A stretch of DNA of 62,574 nt, the filler included, from Diploschistes diacapsis (lineage: Eukaryota), in the NCBI GenBank assembly GCA_023645945.1. It is 7 parts of 7 records of this genome, joined end to end, with 100 filler letters (N's around TTAATTAATTAA, not from the genome) between each part and the next. Parts side by side here need not be neighbours in the genome. Positions count along the whole stretch, not along the records: positions 5,732 to 33,961 come from JALAIB010000151.1; positions 34,062 to 39,692 come from JALAIB010001510.1; 5 more parts are not named here. One strand, written 5' to 3'. Position 1 is the stretch's first letter, and each line of letters opens with the position of its first letter. The position numbers and the translations under genes were made by a program. Of the stretch, positions 24,388 through 37,000 are shown piece after piece. The notes under the pieces are model-generated. The model had not been told where the DNA came from, did no database searches, and saw nothing but the letters and a program-made list of their open reading frames with translations.

Positions 24388-25476
24388 ATGGCGGACATCA
24401 GTCCTTACCAGGCTCCTCATCGGAAACCAGTAGGAGCTGTAGTCCAGCCATCAAACAAAATGCCATTGAACATTGCGCCTACTAGACAGTACCCAACCCC
24501 AGCGCACACCCATTCTCGAACCATATCCTCAAACATCTTTCCTGCGCCTACACATTCGCAACCTCAGAATACGTATTCTCAAGCTGTCAACCATAGCCGA
24601 AGATCAGCATCAACAGCCACAGTCTCGACGATGTCGAGCCAGGGCGGTCCGAACCGCTCCCCTTCCGCCGTATCCATTACATTGAGACGAAACACTTCGG
24701 TCCGCTCCGCTCAATCAGTCACACCCACAAGCTATGTTGCTTTGATGAGGAAACAAAAAGCGACGGTTTGGTGCGATCGAGCACAGTACGAAGACCCGAG
24801 GCTCGCTGCGGCGGCTAAGCAGGCGAAGATGAGGGCAACATTGGAGGTTGTGGGAGGCCCTCAGCCGAGAACAAGTACGAGCACGAGCGCTGGTGGTTCG
24901 ACTACGGGCATGAGAAGCAAAATCACCAACAGACATCATGGTGCAGCAAAGGCAGTCGGTTACTCTGCAAACCTGCTGGGAACTTCGGGTGTGCCCATGA
25001 GATTGAGCGCAAGTGAAGTCGGCGACGAAGAAAACAGTGGGGATGATGCACACAGCCAAGACTTCCGAGGGCAGCGGTCCGGAAGTGGACGCAGTTCGCT
25101 CAGGAATAGCGGTAGACTCAGTACGCTAAACCAGCGGCAACCAGGACGGCTAAGTACAGGAAGTACGCCTCCAAGCGGACAGGGCTCAAGTCCTGCCGAG
25201 CCCACCCAAGATACAGACACCCCTGTCGCTGGTACGTTCAAGGAAGGGGCCGTGCCGGAGGATTATTTCCAGCATCCGCCAGGGAATGGAAGCAGCGGTA
25301 GTTCTGGCGAGAGCGAGTCCAAGTTTGGCAATGTTGGAGACATGCAGGCGCCGAAAGCTTCAAACGAAGGGAAGGGAGTGGATGATCTTAGTCGAAGGGG
25401 CAGCGTGGATGAGAGAGCAACGACGATGCGACATGCCGTCCGGCTGTTTGTTGCGAATCCGGACTTGAGCGATTGA
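24388..25476 (+). CDS. Conserved fungal hypothetical protein, Ser/Gly-rich
   Basis: Single-exon 362-aa ORF with conserved-looking blocks SYVALMRKQKATVWCDRAQ, VPMRLSASEV, RRGSVDER and C-terminal LFVANPD. Confidence 0.8.
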   Translation: MADISPYQAPHRKPVGAVVQPSNKMPLNIAPTRQYPTPAHTHSRTISSNIFPAPTHSQPQNTYSQAVNHSRRSASTATVSTMSSQGGPNRSPSAVSITLRRNTSVRSAQSVTPTSYVALMRKQKATVWCDRAQYEDPRLAAAAKQAKMRATLEVVGGPQPRTSTSTSAGGSTTGMRSKITNRHHGAAKAVGYSANLLGTSGVPMRLSASEVGDEENSGDDAHSQDFRGQRSGSGRSSLRNSGRLSTLNQRQPGRLSTGSTPPSGQGSSPAEPTQDTDTPVAGTFKEGAVPEDYFQHPPGNGSSGSSGESESKFGNVGDMQAPKASNEGKGVDDLSRRGSVDERATTMRHAVRLFVANPDLSD

Positions 25477-26141
25477 GGCTGGTTCAGTCGGACAGCTCTC
25501 AATGACTTTTCAGGATCCGTGTGCGGGGAGATTGGAGAAGATATTGGGGCTATTACTATTTCGATTACCCCTCAAGAAACGAAGCTTTTGCTTTACTGAA
25601 AACGTGCGAGCCACTGGCGGCTATGGCTCACTTTAGGTCCCCTCACAGTAACAACGTATCGATAACTCAAGTGAGGCCATTGCATGTCCTGCCGTTCTCC
25701 AATGACACATTATGGTCTTGGGACTTGTACGTAATGCATACCCACCTGGATCTGCCCTGCTCAGCCATTTTGATTGTAGAAGATTGATAGCTCGTTGGAC
25801 TTCGAGGTTGCTCTTCAGCCATGCTCGACTACTGTGGTACGACGTTAGGATCTGTAAATTTAATTCCTAAGCGAAAGCGAAGGACTATATTATTTTTATT
25901 GGCTGGTATTTTAGCACCTGGTATATGAATCCATAAAATGAAGCTAGAACCTTGGCGTCGGCTTCTTCAACGTCCGCGTTGCTTTGATTCCTACCACGAT
26001 AAACGAGTTTTGTTTGACGAAATGCCTCGTAAATTCGCATGTGACATTTAAGATGGTGTTTTGAGCATCAGACTTCTCAGGAGCTACTTCTACAAGAGGT
26101 ATTCGTAGGTTCTAACGTTGGCAAACCCTCTGCCCGTAAGA

Positions 26142-28501
26142 ATGGGCGCCCAGGACGACCTCTCGGCTTCAAGCGTCCTCGTCGATCCAGCTACCGACCT
26201 CGAGCGATGGAGGTTGTTGGATGAAAGGGGTAGGCAGACGTGGCATTACCTGCAGTCAGATGAGGAGATTGAGGCCTGGCCACAGACTCTCGCTGATCGG
26301 CATCATCTTGGCCTCCCTCTTGTACAAGCCTTTCGAAATTCTGTCGTGTTCACGTGACTGATATCTGGTATCAGGATCTTCCAAAATATGCAAAACCATC
26401 AACCCCGTCGGAGGCTGCTCGGAACGCCCTTAGATTCTTCTCCAGCTTTCAGCTGCCGCCGGGTAATTGGGCCTGCGAGTATGGAGGGCCCATGTTTCTA
26501 CTCCCTGGCCTTGTCGTGACTTGGTACGTGACCGAAACCCCTATATCGGAGCCTATTCGAACGGAGATCAAGCGGTATCTATACGCGCGACAGCATCCTG
26601 AGGATGGCGGCTGGGGTCTTCATATTGAAGGAGAGAGTAGCGTCTTTGGGACAGCCATGAACTACGTTGTCATGCGGATCCTGGGAGCCAGTGAGGAGGA
26701 CCCTCGTATGGTAAAGGCAAGAGGAACCTTGCATAAACTGGGCGGTGCGCTCCAAGGACCTCATTGGGCAAAATTTTGGCTGAGTGTTCTGGGTGTGATG
26801 GATTGGAGTGTTGTCAATCCAGTTCCTCCGGATCTATGGTACACTGTTTGATAAGTTTGAGGATCTTGTGTAGTGCTCACAAATTTTTTTAGGCTTATGC
26901 CTAATTGGGTCCCTTTCCATCCATGGAGATGGTGGATCCATATGCGTCAGGTCTACCTTCCCATGTCCTATATCTGGTCGCGGAAGTTTCAATACCCTCT
27001 AACACCGCTTACGCGCTCACTCAGAAACGAACTCTTTGTAGAACCCTACTCGTCCATCAACTTCGCTTCACACCGCAACACAATCGCTTCGACTGACAAT
27101 TATCATCCAAAAACTGCAGTCCTACGTTCTCTTAATTGGCTCTTAGTCAACGTTTATAATCCGTATCTACGGTTGAACTTTCTGCAGAAACGATCCGAAG
27201 AATGGGCTTATGAGCTGATACGACGCGAAGACGAGAATACTGAGTATGCAAACTTGGGACCGGTCAATGCTCCTATGAACTTGTTGGCCTGCTATATCCA
27301 TGACGGCCCAGATGCGGAAACAGTCCAGCGCCACCGTGATCGAATGCACGATTTCCTCTGGATGAAGCACGAAGGTATGTTGATGAATGGTACCAACGGC
27401 GTCCAGACTTGGGACACTGCATTCACCATCCAAGCCGTAACTGAAGCAGGATTTGCGGAGGACGAAGAATTTAGACCTGTGTTAAGAAAGACTCTCGAGT
27501 TCCTGGATGAACAACAGATTCGGGAAGATTGCCCAGACATGGACATCTGTTACCGTCAACAAAGAAAGGGCGCCTGGGCTTTCAGTGAGAAGGACCAAGG
27601 CTACGCTGTCAGCGACACTACAGCGGAAGGGCTCAAGTCAGTGCTTCTGCTACAGGCCCTACCCGGATATCCTAAGCTACTCTCTGATGCTCGGCTACGG
27701 GATACGGTGGATACTCTTCTTACTATGCAAAACCCTTCTGGCGGTTTCGCATCCTACGAACTTCAGAGAGGGTCTGAGTATATGGAACTCTTAAACGCAG
27801 CAGAAGTCTTTGGGCGAATCATGGTAGAATATGATTATCCCGAATGCACAACATCTGTCGTAATAGGCCTCTCGCAATTCAAGAAGTACGATTCGTCATA
27901 CCGTGCTGATGACATAAACAGGACTATTGAACGTGCTCTTGGATATATCCATCACGCCCAAAGACCAGATGGCTTCTGGTACGGTGCGTGGGGCATTTGC
28001 TTCACTTATGCCACCATGTTCGCTACAGAATCACTCAAGTCCGTGGGCGAAGACTACTCTAATTCTCTGTACGCTCGGAAAGCTTGCGAGGCTCTACTTC
28101 GGAAGCAAAGGAGTGATGGTGGTTGGGGCGAAAGCTACAAGAGCTGCGAGATTTCTGAGTGGGTGGAACATCCTGATGGAAGTCAGGTTGTAAACACCTG
28201 CTGGGCGCTTCTTGCCCTCATGTACGCCGAATGTCCAGATGGTGAAGCCATCGGAAAGGGAATAAAGCTTCTGATGGAACGGCAGCAGAGCGATGGAAGC
28301 TGGCTGCAGGAGGGGATCGAGGGGGTTTTCAATAAGAGCTGGCAAGTTTGCATCTCTTTCCTCTTCTTGTGCTTCTCCTAGTTCAAAGTGATTTTACTAA
28401 TCCTTTCCAGTATGATATCCTATCCGAACTACAAGTACTATTTTCCGATTAAGACTCTCGGCATATTTGCAAAGAAGTATAGAGACCCGATGCTGGCATA
28501 G
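26142..28501 (+). CDS. ERG7: Lanosterol synthase (oxidosqualene cyclase)
   Basis: Exons 26142-26321, 26375-26838, 26893-28341, 28411-28501. The last intron is GC-AG. Motifs GRQTW, YGGPMFLLPG, DGGWGLHIEG, MNGTNGVQTWD, QGYAVSDTTAE, QW repeats, GVFNKSCMISYPNY. The T in GTNG and Q..V before the catalytic D are lanosterol-type rather than cycloartenol-type. Confidence 0.96.
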
Positions 28502-28739
28502 AAACCTTGAAACGTTTTCACTACATTTGATCAAGCTGTCTATAATGCAGAGAATTCATCCTGGACTTGCACTATTTATTATGGATATAGCGTTGTTGTT
28601 TACACTTTGCATTCCTCGCTGCAGTGCCTTTATCCCTTGATCTTCTCGTTCAGCCCTCCTTTCAAAAAACGAGGCCTATGCCCCTTGACCTTGAACTTTT
28701 TCCTTTGCGACAAACATCTTTTGAGCTGACTAGGGAACA

Positions 28740-31700
28740 ATGACTCTTGCTCTTGGTATAACGGCTGTCACTGCGATAGCCGCCGGTAGCGGAGGACTGA
28801 TTTGTCTTGCAAGCCTCATTGCCGTCCTGGTTCTTGTCCGCCAGCGACTGTATCGGAGGTCACGATCTCGACATGATGAACAGCGCTTTCACGCACCAGA
28901 AACCAGCCGTTGGCGGCTGAGCGGTGCGTTGTTCTGCAATCCTCTAGCACGGCCCCTGAGTTATCGCTGCCCGCCCCGCCCTCGTCGACCTCGCACGCTG
29001 CAAAACGACTGGGCAGTCCGTCATGGAAGCCATGTTCCGCGACCCCGGCTATTACGCAAGATTAGGGAATCAACCGGGCCTTCAAAAGATGACGGGCATC
29101 CACGGCCGTCGGGTGATGGACTGAGAAGGTTCTCCTCCGTGCATATAAAAGGGGTCAAAATATCGGAACCTGCTACTGTTATCCCGCTCGTTGCTACGCC
29201 TAACCGGATGCTCTCTACGCCAAAGAACCCGAGAAATTTAGAAGCGAACGACAGGAAGCAACATTCGGGACCATCACTAGCAAATAGGGGTGCTGGAGAA
29301 CAGGAACTGGGATTCGCGACACCCCTCAAGCCACATCCGCTGTTTCATCCTAAGCCTCGGAGTATATCGAGTTCTGCTATAGATAGCATGTCTCAAAGTC
29401 CTACATGGAGATATTCGCCCTCATTAAGGGGGTACGGAAAGATCGCGGAAGGCCATAGCCGACCAGCGCTTAAACGCAGCTGGAGCATTCAGTATAGCAG
29501 CTCCGGCAATGCGCCAAGTAATCCGGTACCCACACCGCCTCGAATGACAAATCACGCGAAGAGAAACTACATGTGCTACGAGGACAGTCCATCGAGAGCG
29601 TCGACAATGAGCCGAACGACTGTCAATAGTTCCATACTTAATGGAGAGTTTCCATCCAGTTCGCTCCAAGAGCACGCCTTTGACGGTAACCTGCCGAGTC
29701 ACTGCAGAGTTGACCAACTTCGAAAACACAGCGTCAAGGGTAAAAGCAAAGTGACGCACAACTCGTTGCGGCCTTCTCCGAGACAAACTTTACTTGCGTC
29801 TCCACTCAAGAATCCTAAACCAGGCTCTGCAATCGCCATTAGAGTTGTTGGATCACATGAGGCATTGGCGCAAGAATCTAAGAGAATGCCTGGTCGAGGC
29901 CGTGGAATTCTTTATGACAGATCTGCCAGAACATCGAGGCATGAATCTGAGCTCTGCGAACTATCGAGAGACAAGAGCTCGTCGCTCTCGATATCATTAG
30001 TCAGTACCAGCATCTCTCCGCTCAAAGCCGCCCAAGATAAGTGGGTGCAACAGGGTGATGCTAAGGCTTATAATAAGCGGATTTCTGCCCGGGAGCAAGC
30101 AGTCATAGCCCTTGACGATTCGGCGGATGATGCGTTTATCTTTGGCTATGGCGATCCGTTGACCATGCAGAACATTAACTGTCGCGTATTACAAGAAACT
30201 TCAGGTAATAGCCGACCGCCTACATGGAGCCAAGATGCTCGCGAATGGCTGGAACTCCAGTCACGATTAGAATCAACCATTGCGCCTTCGAAGAGCAGCA
30301 GGCAGGCTGCTGCCGTGTCTGAACCAAACCTTCCGTCCATCAAGCCCTCAACCTTGCCTCCAAAGCAAACGCACAAGGAACAGAGTTGTCAGCGTGTCAG
30401 TCTACTAATACCGATGCACGACAAGGGTTCGGGGAGGGCTTATGAGATGACGAGCCATGAACAGGTAGTCAAGCCTGGTGTCGAAGCCGGACCCATGAAC
30501 CATGACATGGGTGATCCACTTCCTGGACTACAGATAGCAAGGCCCAAACCGCTGCGTCCTACTCGGCCGCCGTCCACATCAGTTTTTGAACCTAATATTG
30601 TCTTCCCCGGGCTGCACCCATCAAATTTACTGAGCGAGCGCCAGCCACTAGCAATACTTACTTCTTCGTTGCCCAATCTTCGCATTTCGCTTATGGGTGA
30701 TTCCCAAGCCCCGCTTCGTTATGCAAATGCAGATCAACGAAGGAGCGCTGACGAGTATGATCCTTCAACCCCCACCATGAAACCTAGCAAGCGTCGCTCA
30801 CAGATCGATCCGAAGCGTCTATCAAATATCACGAACCCTCCAATGTATCTACAACCCACCCCAACGTCCCAGTCAAGTCCCTTTAGCTATACTGCAACCC
30901 CGACCTTTGCCTACAAATCGCGCTTGGAAGACGACGGCGCGAAAGAGAATAATACCGGACTTTTATTTCTCGCTGCTTCTCCGCCTTCAGGGGCGCAAAC
31001 TTCAAGCCCTGAGACGCAGACGCTTACTCCTCTTGACCGATACAGCCATTTGTTCGATAAGTTCCCAGCCAGACCCTCTGCGTCTTCGCCCTCTCTTCTT
31101 TCACATTCGGAGGCTCAGGTCCGGGGACGACCATCAGTGCCCAACTGGCGCCTCCCGCAGATACAAATGGCGACGCCAGCTTCACCACGGCCTACCAAGA
31201 AGCGACTTTCCGGTCTCAATGGTCCACGGCCTCACCTCGGCTCTATGAACAAACCTCTGTCTGCAGCCGCGTATGCGCTAGCGAGTGAAACCAGGACGAA
31301 AGTCAAACGGAAAAGTCGCCATCGTAGCAACTCCCCATTGAGGAACGTTGTTACGCCGTCTTTTGAGTGGCAAGCCCCCAACCACACCGACGACGTGTGG
31401 ACAACCGATCAACCGAAAATTCAATCTACGGAGTCGGAACAATCAGCCGATGGAAACAGAGGAGAAAGCTGGAGCATCAAATCCTTAGAAACAGAGGCCG
31501 AAAAGTGCGATTCCCTCCCGCCTCGTACACTCCAGCTTGTCAACCAGCTGCGGCGCATGAACTCGGAGTACGACGGGGATGGCCTGTTCCGTATGCTGCA
31601 AGCAGATGTACAGACACCTGCGGTGAGCACGGAGCTAGGTACCCAGGTTAAAAGCCACTGTTTTGCTAAAGACGAGGACGAGATTGGAGTAGCAAGAACA

Positions 31701-32870
31701 TGCGACGAACCCGCGAACAATAGCAAAATCAACATGAGTACCGCAGAAGACACAGCTGGAGGACACAGACGGCGGAATCAAATTCCAGACCGCTCATCCC
31801 AGAAAGCCAATTCCGACGACCTCTCCGACGCAGGCCGATCGCTTCAAGACCGCATCCGTCGCGAAGCACGCCCCTCCCTTGACCGTTCAACCTCCCCACC
31901 TATCAAAACTGAGCCGACCCCGTCCCAAACCTTCACGCCGCCCAAGGAACCCCTCATCAGCCAAGACGAGAGCCCAACCCTCGGCCGCGCCAACCTCTTC
32001 AACTTCTACAACCCGACAAATGGCTCAACAAGCAAAGACAGCATCCTAAACGCCCCCTTCTTCATTGCCCCAAATACCTCTCCCTCCTCCTCGCGCGCCT
32101 GCTCCCCAACCCTCCCAGGCCTACCCGCGCTAACAAACGTCCACACGCACGTCGAGCCCCGCCCCCTTTCCTCCTTTCCGACCGCCACTAGCGATAGCAG
32201 CGACGTCAGCGACGCCAAGGGCGACAAGCTCCTCGATCTTGATCCACTCGATGCAGAATTATGTGCCACCGTCTCGGTGCCCCTGCGAACGGCGTACGCG
32301 TATGCTGGCCCCAGCGTCGAGGATAGAGCCAACGCCAATGCGACGGCGACGCGTCGGTCCTGTCGTGTACAGCACGAGGGCAGGTTCGGCGCCATCGGCT
32401 CGGAGCGCGAACGCGCAGGCGCAGGTACAGGTGCAGGTGCGCACCATCGGTTTCCGTCGTGTATCTCGCCGAGTTTTTCTGCGCTTCGAGGCATCCGTGC
32501 CGTTGAAGGTCGAGGTGGAGGTGGAGGTGGAGGCGCAAACCGGGGCGGCGCGGCGGGCATTGTTGTGCAGCACGCCGAGGGTAGCGGAGATGCTGGCGAC
32601 CCGTTCTCTCCAGCGCCGGTCGTGGCTCGGGCTGCTGCTTGGCCGACAGCCTTTGCTGGGGAGGGCAATGCAGCTGCCAATCGCGCTGCAAATCCTACCG
32701 CCAACTGCAACAGCAATAGGCTGTCGGGGCATGTTACTCGACTCGGTGCGCCGGCGACGGGCACGGGCTCGGGAATTACGCCCTCGGCCTCTGGATCCAG
32801 CTTCGATCCAAGGGTTGTGGGGCTGGGGATTGGGATGTTGGGGCGGGAGCTGGAATGGAGCTTCGATTAG
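28740..32870 (+). CDS. Large single-pass membrane protein with long disordered Ser/Pro/Arg-rich tail, unknown function
   Basis: 1376-aa uninterrupted ORF. N-terminal TM (GGLICLASLIAVLVLV) followed by basic residues. LRRMNSE motif. Confidence 0.75.
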   Translation: MTLALGITAVTAIAAGSGGLICLASLIAVLVLVRQRLYRRSRSRHDEQRFHAPETSRWRLSGALFCNPLARPLSYRCPPRPRRPRTLQNDWAVRHGSHVPRPRLLRKIRESTGPSKDDGHPRPSGDGLRRFSSVHIKGVKISEPATVIPLVATPNRMLSTPKNPRNLEANDRKQHSGPSLANRGAGEQELGFATPLKPHPLFHPKPRSISSSAIDSMSQSPTWRYSPSLRGYGKIAEGHSRPALKRSWSIQYSSSGNAPSNPVPTPPRMTNHAKRNYMCYEDSPSRASTMSRTTVNSSILNGEFPSSSLQEHAFDGNLPSHCRVDQLRKHSVKGKSKVTHNSLRPSPRQTLLASPLKNPKPGSAIAIRVVGSHEALAQESKRMPGRGRGILYDRSARTSRHESELCELSRDKSSSLSISLVSTSISPLKAAQDKWVQQGDAKAYNKRISAREQAVIALDDSADDAFIFGYGDPLTMQNINCRVLQETSGNSRPPTWSQDAREWLELQSRLESTIAPSKSSRQAAAVSEPNLPSIKPSTLPPKQTHKEQSCQRVSLLIPMHDKGSGRAYEMTSHEQVVKPGVEAGPMNHDMGDPLPGLQIARPKPLRPTRPPSTSVFEPNIVFPGLHPSNLLSERQPLAILTSSLPNLRISLMGDSQAPLRYANADQRRSADEYDPSTPTMKPSKRRSQIDPKRLSNITNPPMYLQPTPTSQSSPFSYTATPTFAYKSRLEDDGAKENNTGLLFLAASPPSGAQTSSPETQTLTPLDRYSHLFDKFPARPSASSPSLLSHSEAQVRGRPSVPNWRLPQIQMATPASPRPTKKRLSGLNGPRPHLGSMNKPLSAAAYALASETRTKVKRKSRHRSNSPLRNVVTPSFEWQAPNHTDDVWTTDQPKIQSTESEQSADGNRGESWSIKSLETEAEKCDSLPPRTLQLVNQLRRMNSEYDGDGLFRMLQADVQTPAVSTELGTQVKSHCFAKDEDEIGVARTCDEPANNSKINMSTAEDTAGGHRRRNQIPDRSSQKANSDDLSDAGRSLQDRIRREARPSLDRSTSPPIKTEPTPSQTFTPPKEPLISQDESPTLGRANLFNFYNPTNGSTSKDSILNAPFFIAPNTSPSSSRACSPTLPGLPALTNVHTHVEPRPLSSFPTATSDSSDVSDAKGDKLLDLDPLDAELCATVSVPLRTAYAYAGPSVEDRANANATATRRSCRVQHEGRFGAIGSERERAGAGTGAGAHHRFPSCISPSFSALRGIRAVEGRGGGGGGGANRGGAAGIVVQHAEGSGDAGDPFSPAPVVARAAAWPTAFAGEGNAAANRAANPTANCNSNRLSGHVTRLGAPATGTGSGITPSASGSSFDPRVVGLGIGMLGRELEWSFD

Positions 32871-33961
32871 AGATGGTTGTGTTGTTTTATCTTTTGGTCC
32901 TTGGATAGGGGAAGTAAGGGGCTGTGTGTGTGTGTCTTTGTTTGTGTTGTGGGTTCCCGGCTAGGGAGGGGGAGAGAGAAGGAGAGGGATTTTACCTTTC
33001 CCTCCTGTTTCGCCACCGTAGGTAATGAGTAATAATAAGCTATGGAGCCGCAAAGTAGGAAGCAAACTACAAACAGCCTTTTCCCCCACGTCTACCCCTT
33101 TTTTAGAGTATCATTATGTATACCGCCCCGGCGCCCATGGTCTCGATAGTTCGATCAAGTACATACATACATACACCCGGGACAGGAGGCGGCTGCTGGA
33201 AAGGGGTCCACGCGTACCATACATACATACATACATACATACATACGATAGCCATGGGCTCTAAGCGAAGAAAGCACCGAGCCGATTCCTTCCTAAAAAA
33301 AAAAACCATCTTGATAGCTTTCTGGTACAGAATACCCCGGATACCGACTTACCGAGCATAGATAGTATCGAGAACGGGTTTCCCTGCTTTATATATATAT
33401 ACATACTTGATTGTAGTATGCCCATGCCACAGCACGCTGGAACGCACACACACGCGCACGCAACAGAATTACAAGTTCGAAGGATCGGAAGCCGGAGATT
33501 GGATATCAGGCGGATCAGAGGACGAGAAGGTTCCGCGGATCAGAGACTCGGGATTTCAGGGGGGTCCGGGGAATTTGGAATTCAGAGACGCAGAGACGCC
33601 GTCAGTGCCCCCGCCGCTCCACTTCTTTCTGGCTCCCTCGGATTACCGCCCCTCCACGCTCTCTACCGCTTCCATGGCCTCCCTCGGCACAACCGCCCCC
33701 CTGGTTGTTGGTGGCAGCGTCTGCCCTACCAAACCCCCACCCTCGTTCTCGTTCATACTCATGCTCGTTTCTCCTTCCCGTTCCCTTTCCCTTTCCCTTT
33801 CCCCAAGCCCTTGCGCCCCCGCTTCGATCAGCACCTGCCTCGCTCTCTCGGGGTTCGTTACAGCCCCGTTTCCACTTCCGTTCCAAGCCCCAACCCCACC
33901 ATTTCCACCCTCGCCCACCGCACCCTCCCCATGCCTCCTCCCCCGCCCCAACCTCTGACAC

Positions 33962-34061
33962 NNNNNNNNNNNNNNNNNNNNNNNNNNNNNNNNNNNNNNN
34001 NNNNNTTAATTAATTAANNNNNNNNNNNNNNNNNNNNNNNNNNNNNNNNNNNNNNNNNNNN
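33962..34061. other. Artificial contig-joining spacer
   Basis: N44-TTAATTAATTAA-N44. Confidence 0.98.
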
Positions 34062-37000
34062 CGCCCTCTCATCGCTACCGGAAAAACCTCCACGGAAATC
34101 ACCACCCCCTTGACTCCCAGCTCGTTCCTTTCGTCCACGACCGCGGTAATCTTGCTGGTCGTCTTATCGAGCACGATGTCCCGCATCCCGTAGCGGCGCC
34201 AGTCGCGCAGGATAGAGTGAATTTCCTTGAGGGCGCGGTCGCGGGGGATAGAGAGGGGCAGAACGCGCTTGGCCGGCTTGACGCCCAGGAGCCGTGAGAA
34301 GAAGTTGTGCGTTGGGCCGTGGGTGATGCTGTGAGTTTCGGGGTCGGGTTGAGGAGCGGGTAGGTTGCTGAAGCGGGCGTGGCGGGCAGCTTGAGCTGGA
34401 TCGGTTCTAGCGTTGAGGGTGCTGGTTAGGCCAGAAAGGGCGCCGTGGGCGTAAGGGGACGACTGGGAGGTTGTTTGGGAGGGGTCGGAGAAGATGGAAT
34501 CGGATTCTTCGGCTTAAGAGGAAATATTTAGCTGCGTTTCTTTGCAAAGCTTGAGGGGGTTTCCCGTGGTACTTACATGTAGTAGCGATGTGCATACGCT
34601 TGTCTCTTTTGCCGAACAACTTGAGAAACTTGCTCGTTGCGCTTTCTTTCTGTTTCTGAGGAGCTCGGAAGGGGATGTCATCACTAGGACCATTGCTTGT
34701 GCCCTGCGAGCGGCCGTCCGACAGCCTGTCGCTCTGATGAGACTGGACCGAATGACGTGCCGCCCGATCAGGAGCAGAATTGCCTCCTGAGCTGCCCACG
34801 GAGCCACCGCTTCGACGGAACCATCTAGTCCCTTTACCGTCACCAGGAGCCCTCTTTACGTTCTTCGGATCATGATTCTCTTTGTTGTCGTGTTCACCAA
34901 TTGGCTGGAGATGGGGGCCGACGGAGTCCTCTTCGGTCTGACCCTTGTTGAGTATTGGCTTTGTGGAAGCCCCGAACAGCTTGTCGAGAGCGGATGTAGA
35001 GGCATTACCCGACCTGAGCTTACCCTTGAGCCCATTGTTCTCAGTTTTGGACAGCTTGCGACTGTCTGGCGACCTCATGACTGGCTCGCTAGCCTTCTTC
35101 TTGATTGTCAATGGACGCGGCCTTAGCTCTGCATCGTCGACCGGCCTGATAGTGGACGGATATTTCCAGGCATTGACGTTTTGCAAGGCCTGTGCATAGC
35201 GACGATTGCCCTTGACTGGTTCGGAGACATGACGCGGACTTCTATCGGCGGCCCAGCGACTGGCCTCGTCTTCTTCTCGTACAGGTGATAGATTCTGGAA
35301 CTCTCGCCCTCGAGGGTCGGGCGCGGAGAATATGCGCCTGTGGTCTTGCTCGGGTGTCCTTGCTGCGGTCGTAGCTATAAGACGGTCGATTTGGTTGATA
35401 ACGCTATCGAGCTCACCCGAGCCTAACGCTTCTGCGTGCTTGACCAGGCATTCCCTTGTTTGCTTCAACTCATGGTAAGACTTCAAGGCCTTGGTTTCCT
35501 GGCTTGGAGGTTCTGGTAACGGCCTGGGGGACGCTCCTTCACTTTGGTTGCCTAGATCGACCTCGCTTGAACGGAAAGAAGGGAGGTCTAGAGACTTTCT
35601 TGCAAATTTGCGTAGCTTTTCCACCTCCGTTTCATTGTTCAGTAGAGCCGGCGGTGAGGTGCTTCCTTGGAATACTTCATCGCAAAGATTGGACAACTCT
35701 GCGCTGATTTGTCGGGTCCTTTCTTCCCATATGGCACTTGATCTATTCTTTTTCTTCGTGTCCACGTCTGGCGCCGAACCATTCGCACCCTCTTTACGAG
35801 AGCGTACGGGTGGTGGGGACACGCTGGGGCTCTTCACGGCAGGCGGCGGACTCGTAAAGGGATCTCGTTCACTCCTAGCGGCATCTTCAACAAATCTCTG
35901 CTGTAAAGTGAGTGGCGTAGGGTTTCGTGGTCGTGGCGGTGGTGTACGCTGGAGGCTCGAATTTCTTTGCCTGTGCGGGAAAGCAACACCTCTTTTGTAA
36001 CTCATTGACTTACGAAATACCATCGACCCATCCCTGGATGAGCGTGTACTAGCCCACGAGCTCGATGTGTTCTGGCGAGGGATGGTCTGCCGACGTATTT
36101 CGCGCATCTTACCGTTGACATCCCTTGAAACGATCGGTGGGGAGCTACCCATGATTGAACTATGCTCGCGCTGGAGACGAGCGACAGCCGGATGGCGGAT
36201 GGAAGGCGTATTGCTTGCATATTTTCCACCTCTCGAGTTTGTTGAGGAGCCATTGAGCAAAGTTATCTTCGCATGGTCTGCTTCGGCCGGGATCATCTGA
36301 TGGCGCGAGGGCCGGAAAGGGTCGTAGCTTGTCTCGGTGTCGGCATCGCTGGAGGCGCCACGGGATTTGGTGCTAGCATGCCTTGGGGCAGGAGGCTCGG
36401 CGATAGAGAATTGCGAGCTGCTTCGTTTCTGTCCAGGACCGAGAAGCGATGAGCGGGTAGCTGTTCTGCGTACAGGCCTCTTCGTGACATGGTGATAGTC
36501 GCTGCCGGACAGTTCTATGGAAGCTCCCTGAAAGTTTTCTTCCTGCTCACTCCTAAACTTCAAGAGGTTCTGGTAGATGATCTTCTCGTAGTTGAGCCTG
36601 CATGATGTTAGCATTCCGAAGAGCAGGCAAGCAATTCTTCGGATCGAAGAACCGAACAGGAAACGCACGTTGGGCTCATAAGCGTGGCAATCATCCTCTC
36701 CTGATTATCCGAATGCCACAACGTACACAGCCCTCGCAGCACATCAAGATCAATGTCTTCCCTCCTCTTGATCGGCTCCCCACAGTCTGCTTCACTCAGC
36801 GGCGAAGGTGGGCCCCCGATCCACGTCTGCGCGTACTCCGGATCCGTTGAATACGGCTCGTAATACACAAGCAACGGATGCCGCCATATATCGTTGAGCC
36901 TGATTCTATTACGCGGGAAGTGTTCCAACATGCGAACGATTAGGTCAACAGCATTATCGCTCACATGAGCCGGTATGTTGAATTCGCCATCCACGATTTC

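Noticed and set aside
32006..32964. Overlapping 150-250 aa ORFs on both strands (also around 217-705 and 6876-7835)
   Set aside because: Shadow ORFs of GC-rich coding sequence with no recognisable motifs.
33025..33961. ORFs in the contig-2 tail (also 5244-5687)
   Set aside because: Translations of TACA, CA and TTCCCT simple repeats.
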